In this document: positions 18,318 to 27,766 of the stretch, in pieces
Position numbering within the stretch: position 1 is the stretch's first letter
Layout of the letters: every line of letters begins with the position of its first letter
NCBI GenBank assembly: GCA_963662435.1
Contig: OY759598.1
Coordinates: 2,636,507 to 2,700,506, forward strand
Direction of reading: 5' to 3'
DNA: 64,000 nucleotides
From: Dehalococcoidia bacterium
GTDB lineage: Bacteria > Chloroflexota > Dehalococcoidia > Lucifugimonadales > VXLM01
Notes under the pieces: generated by a model
Seen by the model: only the letters and a program-made list of their open reading frames with translations
Database searches by the model: none
Told to the model about the DNA's origin: nothing
Program-made: the position numbers and the translations under genes

Positions 18318-18751
18318 GCGACTCAAGGGGTTATGGGTAAGATTGTTGGTAATTCCCCTAATTTACCCATGTTCGACCACTAGGGCCGCCCTCGAATGGC
18401 ACCAATGCACACATAGACCGGGCCACCTGGCAGTACGATTGTATTTGAGCGACTCGAATCAGGACGAAAACGACACACCTCGATCTGGCTCTCGGACGCT
18501 TTTCCATAGCTAAAATGGCAATTAGTTGGAGCAATTGACCACAAGGGTTGCCCCTACAGCAGGTTTGCCGGGGGTTGTTTTCGGAGGTATGAAAATTGGG
18601 AAGGAGGGGGACCCTGGTTCGATGTCGTGGGACGGGACGTACGTCTGTGGGAGTGACGAATTGGTATGACTCTTCTCCGACGTAGGGGATAGACAGCCTC
18701 TGATTGTAGTAGGATATCCCGCACGAAACGGTAGGAGAGAGAATCGACACT

Positions 18752-19513
18752 GTGAATACGCCTGTCATAGACTTCCATACCCACGTTGGCCAGTGGGGCC
18801 TCAACCACATGGACGCGTCACCCGAGCGCTTCCTTCGCCTCATGGACGCGGCAGGGATCGACAAGGCATGCGTCAATTGCATCTTCTATGGCGAGGCTCG
18901 GCGCAGCAACGACACCGTCGCAAGCTATGTTCGTGCGAATTCTGACCGTTTCGTCCCTGTGGCATACGTCACGCCCCGATATCCCGATGAGGCAATCACG
19001 GAGCTTGAGCGGTCGTTTGACGAAATCGGGGCGAAGTTCCTCAAGGTATATCCCACCTACCTGAAGAAGCCCATCGATGACCCTTCCTACATGCCCATTT
19101 TCGAGTGGGGCAATGACCGTGGAATCGTATTGATGAGTCACTCGTCCCGCGTTGGGGCGGATGACCTGCTTACCATGCCGCACTCGTTTGTACCATTGGC
19201 GAAGAAGTTTCCCAATATCACGTGGGTGCTCGCCCACTCCGGGAACAACATGAAGGGGCAGGAGGAGGCCGTGGTGGCGGCGAAGGAGTGCCCCAACATC
19301 TACCTGGAGACGTGCAGTTCTTTCAGCGAGCACGGCGCGATGGAATTCCTCGTGGAAGGCGCAGGAGAAGACCGCGTTCTGTACGGGTCGGACATGCCTC
19401 TCATGGAACCGCGCCACCAGATCGCCAAGATCACGACAGCCGACCTCTCCGATGATGCGAAGCGCAAGATACTCGGCCTCAACGCGATCCGTATTTTGGG
19501 ACTCGATCAATGA
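18752..19513 (+). CDS. amidohydrolase family protein (Amidohydro_2)
   Basis: IDFHTH, LAHSG, VLYGSDMP. Confidence 0.9.
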   Translation: MNTPVIDFHTHVGQWGLNHMDASPERFLRLMDAAGIDKACVNCIFYGEARRSNDTVASYVRANSDRFVPVAYVTPRYPDEAITELERSFDEIGAKFLKVYPTYLKKPIDDPSYMPIFEWGNDRGIVLMSHSSRVGADDLLTMPHSFVPLAKKFPNITWVLAHSGNNMKGQEEAVVAAKECPNIYLETCSSFSEHGAMEFLVEGAGEDRVLYGSDMPLMEPRHQIAKITTADLSDDAKRKILGLNAIRILGLDQ

Positions 19514-20274
19514 CTGAAACACCCGTCATTGACTTTCACGGCCATTCGGGGAAGTGGACCTCCAGCGGTGTACTGGGTGGAACTCCCGACCATTTCGTCC
19601 AGGTAATGGATGCCGCGGGCGTCGACAAGCTGAGCGTCAATTGCATCTTCTACGGGGACGCCCGACGTGGAAACGACGTGACCGCCTCCTACGTTCACGC
19701 CTACCCTGACAGGTTCATCGGCGTAGGATACGTGACACCCCGATACCCGTCAGAGGTGATTCCAGAACTTGAACGCTGCTTCAACGAGTTGGGGTTCAGG
19801 TTCCTCAAGGTGTATCCGGTCTACTATGAGAAGCCGTTGGACGATCCCGACTTCGACCCCATCTACGAATGGTGCGACGAGCGAGGCATCGTCATCATGA
19901 GCCACTCTCAATACGAGCACAATACGCGCCCGTTTCGATTCGCCCGCCTGGCCGAGCGATACCGGAACATCACGTGGGTACTGGCCCATTCCGGCAACAC
20001 GATGGAGGGACAAGTGGAGGCAGTCGAGGCTGCAAACAGCGGGCCGAACCTCTACCTTGAGACCTGCACGTCAATGTCGGAGCACGGGACCATCGAGTTC
20101 CTGGTTGAAGGCGCGGGCGAAGACAAGGTGCTCTACGGTTCAGACCTGCCTATTCTCGACGCCCGTCACCAACTGGGTAGAATAGTAACCGCCGACATAT
20201 CAGACGAGGCGAAGCGCAAGATACTGGGTCTGAACGCCATCAAGCTGCTGGGACTGGAAATGCCGGGTGCGTAG
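19510..20274 (+). CDS. amidohydrolase family protein, paralogue of the preceding gene
   Basis: IDFHGH, LAHSG, VLYGSDLP; shares NCIFYG, YVTPRYP and KRKILGLNA blocks. Confidence 0.9.
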   Translation: MTETPVIDFHGHSGKWTSSGVLGGTPDHFVQVMDAAGVDKLSVNCIFYGDARRGNDVTASYVHAYPDRFIGVGYVTPRYPSEVIPELERCFNELGFRFLKVYPVYYEKPLDDPDFDPIYEWCDERGIVIMSHSQYEHNTRPFRFARLAERYRNITWVLAHSGNTMEGQVEAVEAANSGPNLYLETCTSMSEHGTIEFLVEGAGEDKVLYGSDLPILDARHQLGRIVTADISDEAKRKILGLNAIKLLGLEMPGA

Positions 20275-20332
20275 CGCTCAATTTCCGATTGCCCTCAGCT
20301 TAAGAACGCCAAAATAACACCGAGGAGAAGAG

Positions 20333-21661
20333 ATGGTCAGATCGCTGGAGTCGCTGAACGAGGAATACACGGCCAAGAACCCAAAGTCCCAAGCCCAATG
20401 GGAGCGCGGAAGGGCGACCATGCCCGCGGGGGTCATCAAGGGCGCCTACATGCGCTCTCCATTTCCGTTTTTTGTAGCCAGTTCCGACGGCTGCCACCTC
20501 ACGGACATCGACGGCAATGTGGTAGTCGACTTCGGTTCGCATCACTCGGCAATGATCCTGGGTCATACTCATCCTGACGTGACAGCCGCGCTCCAGGCAG
20601 AAATTGAGCGCGGACTCGGACTCGGCAATCCGACCGAGCTCGAAGCCGAGATTTCGGAGGAGATTGTCGACCGCTTCCCCTCCATCGAGAAGGTGCGCTT
20701 CACGAACTCGGGCACCGAGTCATCCCTGCACGCCGCCAGGCTCATTCGCGCCAAGACGGGGAAGGCGAAGGTAGCCAAGTTCGAAGGGGCGTACCATGGC
20801 AGCCACGACGGCCTGGAGCACAGCATCAGCCCTCCCATCGACGACGCGGGACCGGGCGACTCTCCAATGACCGTGCCCGCCAACCCCGGGGTCGCTCCCA
20901 CTTCCGAAGACCTGGTTGTCATGCTGCCGTACAACGACCCTGAGTCGGTCGAGCTAATCCTGCGGGAGCAAAAGGACGAGGTGGCAGGAGTCTTCTACGA
21001 CGGCAAGCCGGGCATGTTGGATGTGCCCGACGAGTTCACTCACTTTCTCCGCGACCTCACAAAGGAGCTTGGCCTCTACATGGTGATGGACGAGGTCGTC
21101 AGCTACCGAGTTGGGCGGGCCGGATACCAAGGGCTTGCCGGAGTGGAGCCCGATCTCACGATCTTCGGCAAGATAGTCGGTGGCGGGATGCCTGTCGGCG
21201 CCATAGGCGGCAGCGAGGAGATCATGGGCCTGATGGACAACACCGACGGCCCGCCAGTCCTGGCCCCGAGCGGAACGTTCTCCGGCAACAACTTCACCCT
21301 AGCGGCCGGGCTCGCCACCATGCGCGGCCTGACAGACGAGGTCTATGAACACCTCGATTCGCTGGGGAGTCGATTGGGCGCGAAGCTGGGACCCGTCCTC
21401 GACGACGCGGGGATTTCCAACCAGGTCCTCGCGGTAGGTTCAGTCGTCAACTTCTACCTGACCGACTCCCACGTTCGCGACTACCGCAGCTTCAAGACCC
21501 ACGATGGCGCACTATTCGAACGGATCAGCCTCGCCGTCCATCTGAAGGGCTACTCGCTGGGGCAACCGCCGATGTCCATGATGCTCTCGTCGCCAATGAC
21601 CAATGACATCATCGACTGTCTCGTTGAAGCGGTCGAAGAGGCCCTGGCTGAGGAGGACTAG
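20333..21661 (+). CDS. class III PLP aminotransferase (GSA-aminomutase-like)
   Basis: RFTNSGTE, KFEGAYHG, MDEV, FGKIVGGGMPVG, SGTFSGN. Confidence 0.88.
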   Translation: MVRSLESLNEEYTAKNPKSQAQWERGRATMPAGVIKGAYMRSPFPFFVASSDGCHLTDIDGNVVVDFGSHHSAMILGHTHPDVTAALQAEIERGLGLGNPTELEAEISEEIVDRFPSIEKVRFTNSGTESSLHAARLIRAKTGKAKVAKFEGAYHGSHDGLEHSISPPIDDAGPGDSPMTVPANPGVAPTSEDLVVMLPYNDPESVELILREQKDEVAGVFYDGKPGMLDVPDEFTHFLRDLTKELGLYMVMDEVVSYRVGRAGYQGLAGVEPDLTIFGKIVGGGMPVGAIGGSEEIMGLMDNTDGPPVLAPSGTFSGNNFTLAAGLATMRGLTDEVYEHLDSLGSRLGAKLGPVLDDAGISNQVLAVGSVVNFYLTDSHVRDYRSFKTHDGALFERISLAVHLKGYSLGQPPMSMMLSSPMTNDIIDCLVEAVEEALAEED

Positions 21662-21754
21662 ACCTCGACCAGTCGATTCTCTCTGCCGCCGATTGACGAA
21701 CGGGGGCAATTCGTAGTGAAATAAGACGAAGAGTCGCAAGGGGAGCAGTCACAA

Positions 21755-21988
21755 ATGGCGTTGAAAGTACTCAAGATGCCCCGGCTGCCAAGACCGGGCA
21801 GGCCTCGAATAAAGACGTGGCCTCGCCGCTTCGTGAAGTGGTCATGGCGTGTCCTGGAGATCGAGGGGGTGATTCTCGTCGCCATGCTCCTAGTTGGCCT
21901 GGTGGTCGGCGGCGTCCTGTACCAGTTCACCGACTTCTTCGGAAACAAGCCGCCCTACGAGTTCCAGAACATCGACGATTTCGAATAG
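21755..21988 (+). CDS. small single-TM protein
   Basis: 77 aa, basic N-terminus then a hydrophobic helix; GGGGAG RBS. Confidence 0.6.
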   Translation: MALKVLKMPRLPRPGRPRIKTWPRRFVKWSWRVLEIEGVILVAMLLVGLVVGGVLYQFTDFFGNKPPYEFQNIDDFE

Positions 21989-22164
21989 AGAGGGCCATCC
22001 CTCCCAGGAACTCCAGGGGAAGGCCAATAATCCATGGGAATTCGGTATTGTCCCCCGGCTCACAGGACGGTAGAGTATAGCTGTTGACGATTGGGTGAGC
22101 AGCGGGGCAAGCATGGATGCCCCGAAACGTGCGGAAAACGCTAGAGTTTCATGCGAGGTGCCAG

Positions 22165-22455
22165 ATGTTTCAATATAAGCCGCTAGAAAAGTCCGCCAAG
22201 AAGGAAAAGGACTACACCGGTCAGAGCGTGATACGGATGAAACTCCGGTTCATGGACGTCCTCCTCGTGCCCATCGAAAGGACGTACGATGCAATCGAGG
22301 GGATCCCCGTGATCGGACCGATCGTCTCCTTCAGCAGGACGACGTTCGTAGTAATCATCGCCTCGTTGGTGATCTCTGCCCTATTGATCCTCCTCGTTGC
22401 CGTGGCTGCTCTTATTGCGGTCCAGCTCAGCGAATGGGCCGGACCCGTCTACTAG
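22165..22455 (+). CDS. small membrane protein
   Basis: GAGGTG RBS before ATG 22165; hydrophobic C-terminal half. Confidence 0.55.
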   Translation: MFQYKPLEKSAKKEKDYTGQSVIRMKLRFMDVLLVPIERTYDAIEGIPVIGPIVSFSRTTFVVIIASLVISALLILLVAVAALIAVQLSEWAGPVY

Positions 22456-22693
22456 TAGACCGAAATCTTTGAAATGACGGGCGGCAATTGAGGTAGGGTT
22501 CGCGTTGCGCACGACAAGGGCGGGTTTGAAACCCGCCCTTACCAAATCATAGGGTCGTCACCCTTCGAAACTATGATGTTGAACCGCTGGCCCGCACTGG
22601 AAGGCAAGGTGCAGCGGAGACTTGAGTAGTCTGATGCTTGAGGGGGGCGAATGTAGCCCCAGAAAGCAGCGAACCGAATCGACGGTCCAGCCC

Positions 22694-22933
22694 TCAAACG
22701 GTCATTGAACACGCGCAGCCAGCACCACCGCCGCCACAGCACCCTCCACCACCACCGGCAACCGGAGTCGTTTGTCCGCTCGCGTCAGTCGAGAACGACA
22801 TGAACACTGAAAGCTGACGTCGGGACTCCGACCCGCAGTCCGGGCACGGCGTAGGCTCGTCCATCTCGCTAAACGACCGCAGCTTCTCAAACCTGTTCTT
22901 GCACGTCCCACATGTATACTCGTACAGCGGCAT
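22694..22933 (-). CDS. FmdB family zinc-ribbon protein
   Basis: MPLYEYTCGTC..FE..CPDCGS with Gly/Cys-rich tail. Confidence 0.9.
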   Translation of the reverse strand: MPLYEYTCGTCKNRFEKLRSFSEMDEPTPCPDCGSESRRQLSVFMSFSTDASGQTTPVAGGGGGCCGGGGAGCACSMTV

Positions 22934-23011
22934 GGCTGGCGAACTCCTCGCGTGGCGATAGAGTCAATTCTAGGTACGGGCGGCAACTGAGTCAAGGCGA
23001 ACGATGCGCCC

Positions 23012-23285
23012 GTAAGTGATCAGTCTTGGTGAGTTGAATCGCGAAGACCCCCCTCTCTGTATCTCTCCCCCGGCGGGGGAGAGATTGTAGATTCTTCGTC
23101 GCTGCGCTCCTCAGAATGACAGCGAGAGAGCAATTCGTGCAATCTCACCAACTCTGAACGGTTGATGTGAGGAACACCCTCCCCCAGTGGATACCCGCCC
23201 CGTATCGTGGTACGGGGTGACGTTCTTTCGCGGGTATGACGGTAGCTGTGTGTGTTGAGCACTCTCACGAAGTCTGAACAGTTAC
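23012..23285. mobile_element. MITE-like element carrying REP hairpins
   Basis: Ends GTAAGTGATCAG / CTGAACAGTTAC; flanks GATGCGCCC (23003) and GATGCGCCG (23286). Confidence 0.65.
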
Positions 23286-23348
23286 GATGCGCCGCTCGAC
23301 GGGTGACTGTATAATTCGAGGCACGTCCGACCGCTTGAGAGGATACCG

Positions 23349-24557
23349 ATGACTACCTCGATTCAAGAGAGCCTGCCCGACATAGAGGGCCGATTCGGCC
23401 CCTTTGGTGGCAAGTTCGTGCCTGAGACGCTTATGGAGGCCCTTGCCGAACTCGAACGAGAGTACAGAGCCGCCAAGCAGGACCCGACGTTCCAGGACGA
23501 GCTGCAACGCCTATCCCAGCGATATGCGGGCAGACCCACTCCGCTCTACCACGCGCAGAACCTCTCAAAGGAACTCGGCGGCGCGCAGATCTATTTCAAG
23601 CGCGAGGACCTTGCGCACACCGGGGCGCATAAGATCAATAACGCCCTGGGCCAGGGCCTCCTCACTTCCCGCATGGGCAAGAAGCGCATCATCGCCGAGA
23701 CGGGAGCGGGACAGCACGGGGTGGCAACTGCGACCGTGTGCGCCATGTTCAACCAGGAATGCATCGTCTACATGGGCGAGGAGGACATCAGGCGGCAGTC
23801 CCCAAACGTGTTCCGCATGAAGCTCCTCGGCGCGGAGGTCCGCTCGGTCACTTCCGGCAGCAGGACGCTCAAGGACGCCATCAACGAGTGTATCCGTGAC
23901 TGGGTCACGAACGTGGAGACGACGCACTACCTGATCGGCAGCGTCGTCGGGCCGCACCCATACCCCGAGATGGTTCGCGACTTCCAGGCCCCCATAGGGC
24001 GGGAAGCCCGCCAGCAGATGATTGACCAGGCCGGAAGACTCCCCGACTACGCCGTGGCATGCGTCGGTGGAGGCAGCAACGCCATCGGCCTGTTCTACGA
24101 CTTCGTGGGAGACGAGTCGGTGCAGCTGATAGGCGTGGAGGCGGGTGGCGACGGAGTTGAGACGGGTCGTCACTCCTCAACCCTCGTGGCCGGCGAGGTA
24201 GGGGTGCTTCACGGCAGTAAGTCCTACCTGCTCCAGGACGAACACGGCCAGGTTATCGAGACACACAGCATCTCTGCTGGCCTCGATTATCCAGGCGTAG
24301 GCCCGGAGCACAGCTATCTCAAGGACATTGAGCGCGCTCAATACGCCAGCATCACCGACACCGAGGCTCTGGAGGGCTTCAAACTCCTCTGCCGCACGGA
24401 GGGAATCATCCCGGCGCTTGAACCCTCGCACGCCATCGCTCACGTAGCCAAGCTCGCTCCCACGCTGCCCAGCGACACGATCATCCTCGTCGGCCTCAGC
24501 GGACGCGGCGACAAGGACATCAACACCGTGGGAGAGGCGCTGGGGGTCGAGATGTAG
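23349..24557 (+). CDS. trpB: tryptophan synthase beta chain
   Basis: [51 protein letters not shown]. Confidence 0.97.
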   Translation: MTTSIQESLPDIEGRFGPFGGKFVPETLMEALAELEREYRAAKQDPTFQDELQRLSQRYAGRPTPLYHAQNLSKELGGAQIYFKREDLAHTGAHKINNALGQGLLTSRMGKKRIIAETGAGQHGVATATVCAMFNQECIVYMGEEDIRRQSPNVFRMKLLGAEVRSVTSGSRTLKDAINECIRDWVTNVETTHYLIGSVVGPHPYPEMVRDFQAPIGREARQQMIDQAGRLPDYAVACVGGGSNAIGLFYDFVGDESVQLIGVEAGGDGVETGRHSSTLVAGEVGVLHGSKSYLLQDEHGQVIETHSISAGLDYPGVGPEHSYLKDIERAQYASITDTEALEGFKLLCRTEGIIPALEPSHAIAHVAKLAPTLPSDTIILVGLSGRGDKDINTVGEALGVEM

Positions 24558-24628
24558 GCGGCCTCGCTGAGAACTTGTGCTAGGATGTAGAAGTCTTGAC
24601 GAGTACGGCTGTCCCGAGGAGGACATCC

Positions 24629-25201
24629 ATGGTAGTAGACACGGCAATAAGGGTTCGCAGATACAGCTTCACCGTCGACGAGTTCGCCAAGATGGGCGAG
24701 GCGGGAATCTTTACGAAAGACGACCGTGTGGAACTCATCGGCGGGGAGATACGGGAAATGACGCCAATTGGGCCACTGCACGCAACGATTGTGAACCGCC
24801 TAAACGCCACGCTCATGAAACTGCTAGAAAGCTCAGCTGTCCTTCAAGTGCAAAACCCCGTGCGACTTGACCTGCACAACGAGCCTCAGCCGGATTTCTC
24901 CGTTATCAAGGAGCGCGGCGACTACTACAAGACCGCCCTTCCCGGGCCGGGAGACACGTTGCTGGTCATCGAGGTCGCCGACTCCTCATTAGCCTACGAC
25001 CTCCACGAGAAAGCGCCGCGATACGCCAGTTCAATGATCCCCGAATTGTGGGTCGTAGACCTGGAAGCCGAGGTCGTCAGGGTATTTACGCAGCCGGGGC
25101 AGTCGGGGTACGCGAATGAGCGCGAGATGGGCCAAGGCTCGACGATTGCTTCCGCGGGCGTCGAAGGGCTACGCGTCGAGGTCAATGATATCTTCGGCTA
25201 G
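24629..25201 (+). CDS. Uma2 family putative endonuclease
   Basis: RVELIGGEI, EPQPD, LVIEVADSS, ELWVVDL; GAGGAGG RBS. Confidence 0.9.
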   Translation: MVVDTAIRVRRYSFTVDEFAKMGEAGIFTKDDRVELIGGEIREMTPIGPLHATIVNRLNATLMKLLESSAVLQVQNPVRLDLHNEPQPDFSVIKERGDYYKTALPGPGDTLLVIEVADSSLAYDLHEKAPRYASSMIPELWVVDLEAEVVRVFTQPGQSGYANEREMGQGSTIASAGVEGLRVEVNDIFG

Positions 25202-25233
25202 GCCGTAGTTTCTGTAGGCAGGCCGTGAAGTGG

Positions 25234-25683
25234 CTAGTGTGCTCCCACCGGCCGGATGTTTGTATCCGCCGAGTCCTGCTCCGCCATCCTGGTCCTTGCG
25301 CCCGTCGCCCGTTCCGCCAGGTCCTCTCGCAACGGGGCGAAGATGTCGATGACCTTGCAGTCCTGGTCCCGAACGTAGCCGCCGTGGGGAGTGTTTGAGG
25401 GCATGACGATGACGTCGCCGGCGTTCACCCGGTACATCTTTCCGTCGATGACCTGGTCGATATAGCCCTCGACAACGACCATGATCTGTTCCGCCACGTG
25501 CTGGTGCACGGGGAAGTACGTCCCCGCCGGAATCGTAAGGAAGCTCACCACGGCCTCTTTGCCGGCAACCAGGTGACTCCACGCGCCCGGCGCAAGCTCC
25601 TCCATCGGAATGTTCTCGTAGTGAACAATGTACTGATCGTACTCCTCGTCGCCTGCTCGATCTATGTTCTCATCTTCGGCCAT
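25234..25683 (-). CDS. cupin domain protein
   Basis: PVHQHVAEQ, GDVIVMPSNTPH, DIFAPLRED. Confidence 0.85.
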   Translation of the reverse strand: MAEDENIDRAGDEEYDQYIVHYENIPMEELAPGAWSHLVAGKEAVVSFLTIPAGTYFPVHQHVAEQIMVVVEGYIDQVIDGKMYRVNAGDVIVMPSNTPHGGYVRDQDCKVIDIFAPLREDLAERATGARTRMAEQDSADTNIRPVGAH

Positions 25684-25927
25684 TTCGTCTCTCCTACGGT
25701 TGTTTTCCGGACACAACGGTACCATCGGGCATGACATCGGGCAACCGTGGAGGTTCTGGGTGCTGGATTCCCGCCCCCGTCTTCACGGGGGCAGGCTCAG
25801 CGCGGGACTGAAGGAAGGGGGATTCGGCTTGCGATACATCCCTCACATGACTATAGTTAGGCGCGTTCGGGCACCTTGAGTCAGCTACGACCGGACACCA
25901 TATACCCAGAAAAAGGAGTGCGGCGTC

Positions 25928-27289
25928 ATGGCCGACAGAGAGCAAGTACGACAGCAGATGAGCGAGGACGGCATCGAGTACATCCTCGCGCAGTTCGTGG
26001 ATATCAACGGCTCGCCGAAGGTGAAGATGGTTCCGGTGGCGCACTTCGACGACATCATCGACGACGGCGCGGGCTTCGCTGGGGCGGCGGTATGGGGGAT
26101 GGGGCAAGGTCCGCACTCCCACGACATGTTGGGGCGCATCGACCTTGATTCGTACAGCGTCTGTCCATGGACGGAGGGTGTCGCGCGGTTCGCCTCCGAC
26201 CTCCATGTCGATGACGTGCCGCATCCCTACGACCCGCGCGTGAATCTCAAGCGCGTCCTCGACGACGCCCGCGCGGAGGGGTATGTCTTCAACACCGGCA
26301 TCGAGCCGGAGCATTTCCTTGTCACCCAGAACTCCGACGGAACGATCGATATCTTTGACCCCGACAACATCGACACGCTCGACAAGCCTTGCTACGACTT
26401 CAAGGGCATAGCAAACGTGCAGGGCTACCTTCGAGACCTCATGGACGGAATGGCGGCTCTAGGCTGGGACCCGTACCAGTCCGACCACGAGGACGCGAAC
26501 GGGCAGTATGAGCTGAACTTCGTCTACAGCGACGCCTTGACGACGGCTGACCGGTACACGTTCTTCAAGATGATGACGAGCCAGTTCGCCAAGAAGTACG
26601 GGGCCATCGCGACGCACATGGCTAAGCCGTTCTCCGATCGCACCGGCAGCGGGGGTCACGTGCACTACCACGTGGCGTCCTCCACAACGGGCGAGGACCT
26701 CTTCCTCGACGAGAGTGACGACCAAGGGTTGGGGCTTTCCGAGTTTGCCTACCACTTCATCGGGGGTATTCTCGCCCACGCTCCCGCCCTCTGCGCAGTA
26801 ACCTCGCCGACGGTGAACTGCTACAAGCGGCTGCAGGTCGGGGCGGGCCTCACAAGTGCGCGGTCGGGCTTCACATGGACACCGGCGTTTGTCACCTATG
26901 GCGACAACAACCGTACGCAGATGATCCGAACGGCAGGGCCGGGCCACCTTGAAGACCGCACGGTCTCCGCCGCGAATAACCCGTATCTCGCGTTCGCGGC
27001 CTACCTGACGGCGGGTCTGGACGGCGTTAGGAACCGGCTCGACCCCGGCAAGGCCAACCTCGGCAACAACATGTACGAGCTGGGCCTCGAGGAGATCCAG
27101 AGGCGTGGCATCAGGCTCCTCCCGCAGTCCCTATCCGAGGCCCTCGAAGAACTGAAGAAAGACCCCGTCATCCAGGGAGCGCTCGGCGTCATCGCCGACG
27201 AGTTCATCAAGCTCAAAGAGGCCGAATACCGCGAGTACCACAAGCAGGTCACGCAGTGGGAAGTCGACCGCTACCTGACGATGTTCTAA
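25928..27289 (+). CDS. glutamine synthetase-like protein, GlnT / gamma-glutamylmethylamide synthetase group
   Basis: DGAGFAG, KPCYD, DHEDANGQYE, TWTP..YGDNNRTQMIR, NPYL. Confidence 0.82.
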   Translation: MADREQVRQQMSEDGIEYILAQFVDINGSPKVKMVPVAHFDDIIDDGAGFAGAAVWGMGQGPHSHDMLGRIDLDSYSVCPWTEGVARFASDLHVDDVPHPYDPRVNLKRVLDDARAEGYVFNTGIEPEHFLVTQNSDGTIDIFDPDNIDTLDKPCYDFKGIANVQGYLRDLMDGMAALGWDPYQSDHEDANGQYELNFVYSDALTTADRYTFFKMMTSQFAKKYGAIATHMAKPFSDRTGSGGHVHYHVASSTTGEDLFLDESDDQGLGLSEFAYHFIGGILAHAPALCAVTSPTVNCYKRLQVGAGLTSARSGFTWTPAFVTYGDNNRTQMIRTAGPGHLEDRTVSAANNPYLAFAAYLTAGLDGVRNRLDPGKANLGNNMYELGLEEIQRRGIRLLPQSLSEALEELKKDPVIQGALGVIADEFIKLKEAEYREYHKQVTQWEVDRYLTMF

Positions 27290-27415
27290 GGGGCCGCGAA
27301 GAGACCTGCCGCGTGAGCATCTAGGGGCACACTTCTCCCTGCGCAGCTTTGATTGACCTTCCTACGAGTGGGGTATACCATGGTACGCGTAGGCCGCGAA
27401 CTTGGAGGTCACGAT

Positions 27416-27607
27416 ATGCCGTTCTCGGTAGGGCCAACCGAGCTAATAATCGTTTTGGTCATCGTGCTGATCATATTCGGCGTTGGAAAGCTGCCGGAGA
27501 TCGGCGGGGCCATGGGCAAGGCCATTCGCGAGTTCCGGTCTTCGCAGAGCGGCCAGGACGAAGCAGCCGCCAAGTCGGACGCAGAGTCCGGCACCGAGAA
27601 GGGGTAG
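27416..27607 (+). CDS. tatA: twin-arginine translocase TatA/E subunit
   Basis: GPTELIIVLVIVLIIFGVGKLPEIGGAMGKAIREFR; promoter TTGACC-17-TACCAT at 27353-27381. Confidence 0.92.
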   Translation: MPFSVGPTELIIVLVIVLIIFGVGKLPEIGGAMGKAIREFRSSQSGQDEAAAKSDAESGTEKG

Positions 27608-27766
27608 GCCCCAGCCGCGAAGTGGTCTGACTGCTTCGTCGCAGCGTCCTCGCGGCTCGATCATGCTCCGCATGTATTGTCATGACGCTTCCCGCGACCC
27701 TCTTTCGCGTTGAAGTTGTCGCGAGTTAACCTTGCAAATCTGGCGTGATAGTCCATAATTGCAAGG

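Larger units (their letters stand above)
15797..18357 (+). mobile_element. IS1595-family element with passenger genes (2561 bp)
   Basis: Perfect 32-bp TIRs GGGAATTACCAACAATCTTACCCATAACCCCT (15797-15828 / 18326-18357); 8-bp TSD CTAATTTA (15789-15796 / 18358-18365). Confidence 0.95.
15748..18537. mobile_element. MITE-like element (221 bp once the nested IS is removed) inserted in a REP hairpin
   Basis: Ends CATCTGCTCCAACTAATT / AATTAGTTGGAGCAATTG (14-bp perfect core); flanking direct repeat ACCACAAGGG at 15738-15747 and 18538-18547. Confidence 0.8.

Noticed and set aside
23349..24557. Lone trpB as a novel TrpA-independent enzyme
   Set aside because: The sequence is a typical TrpB1, and trpA may simply lie elsewhere in the genome.
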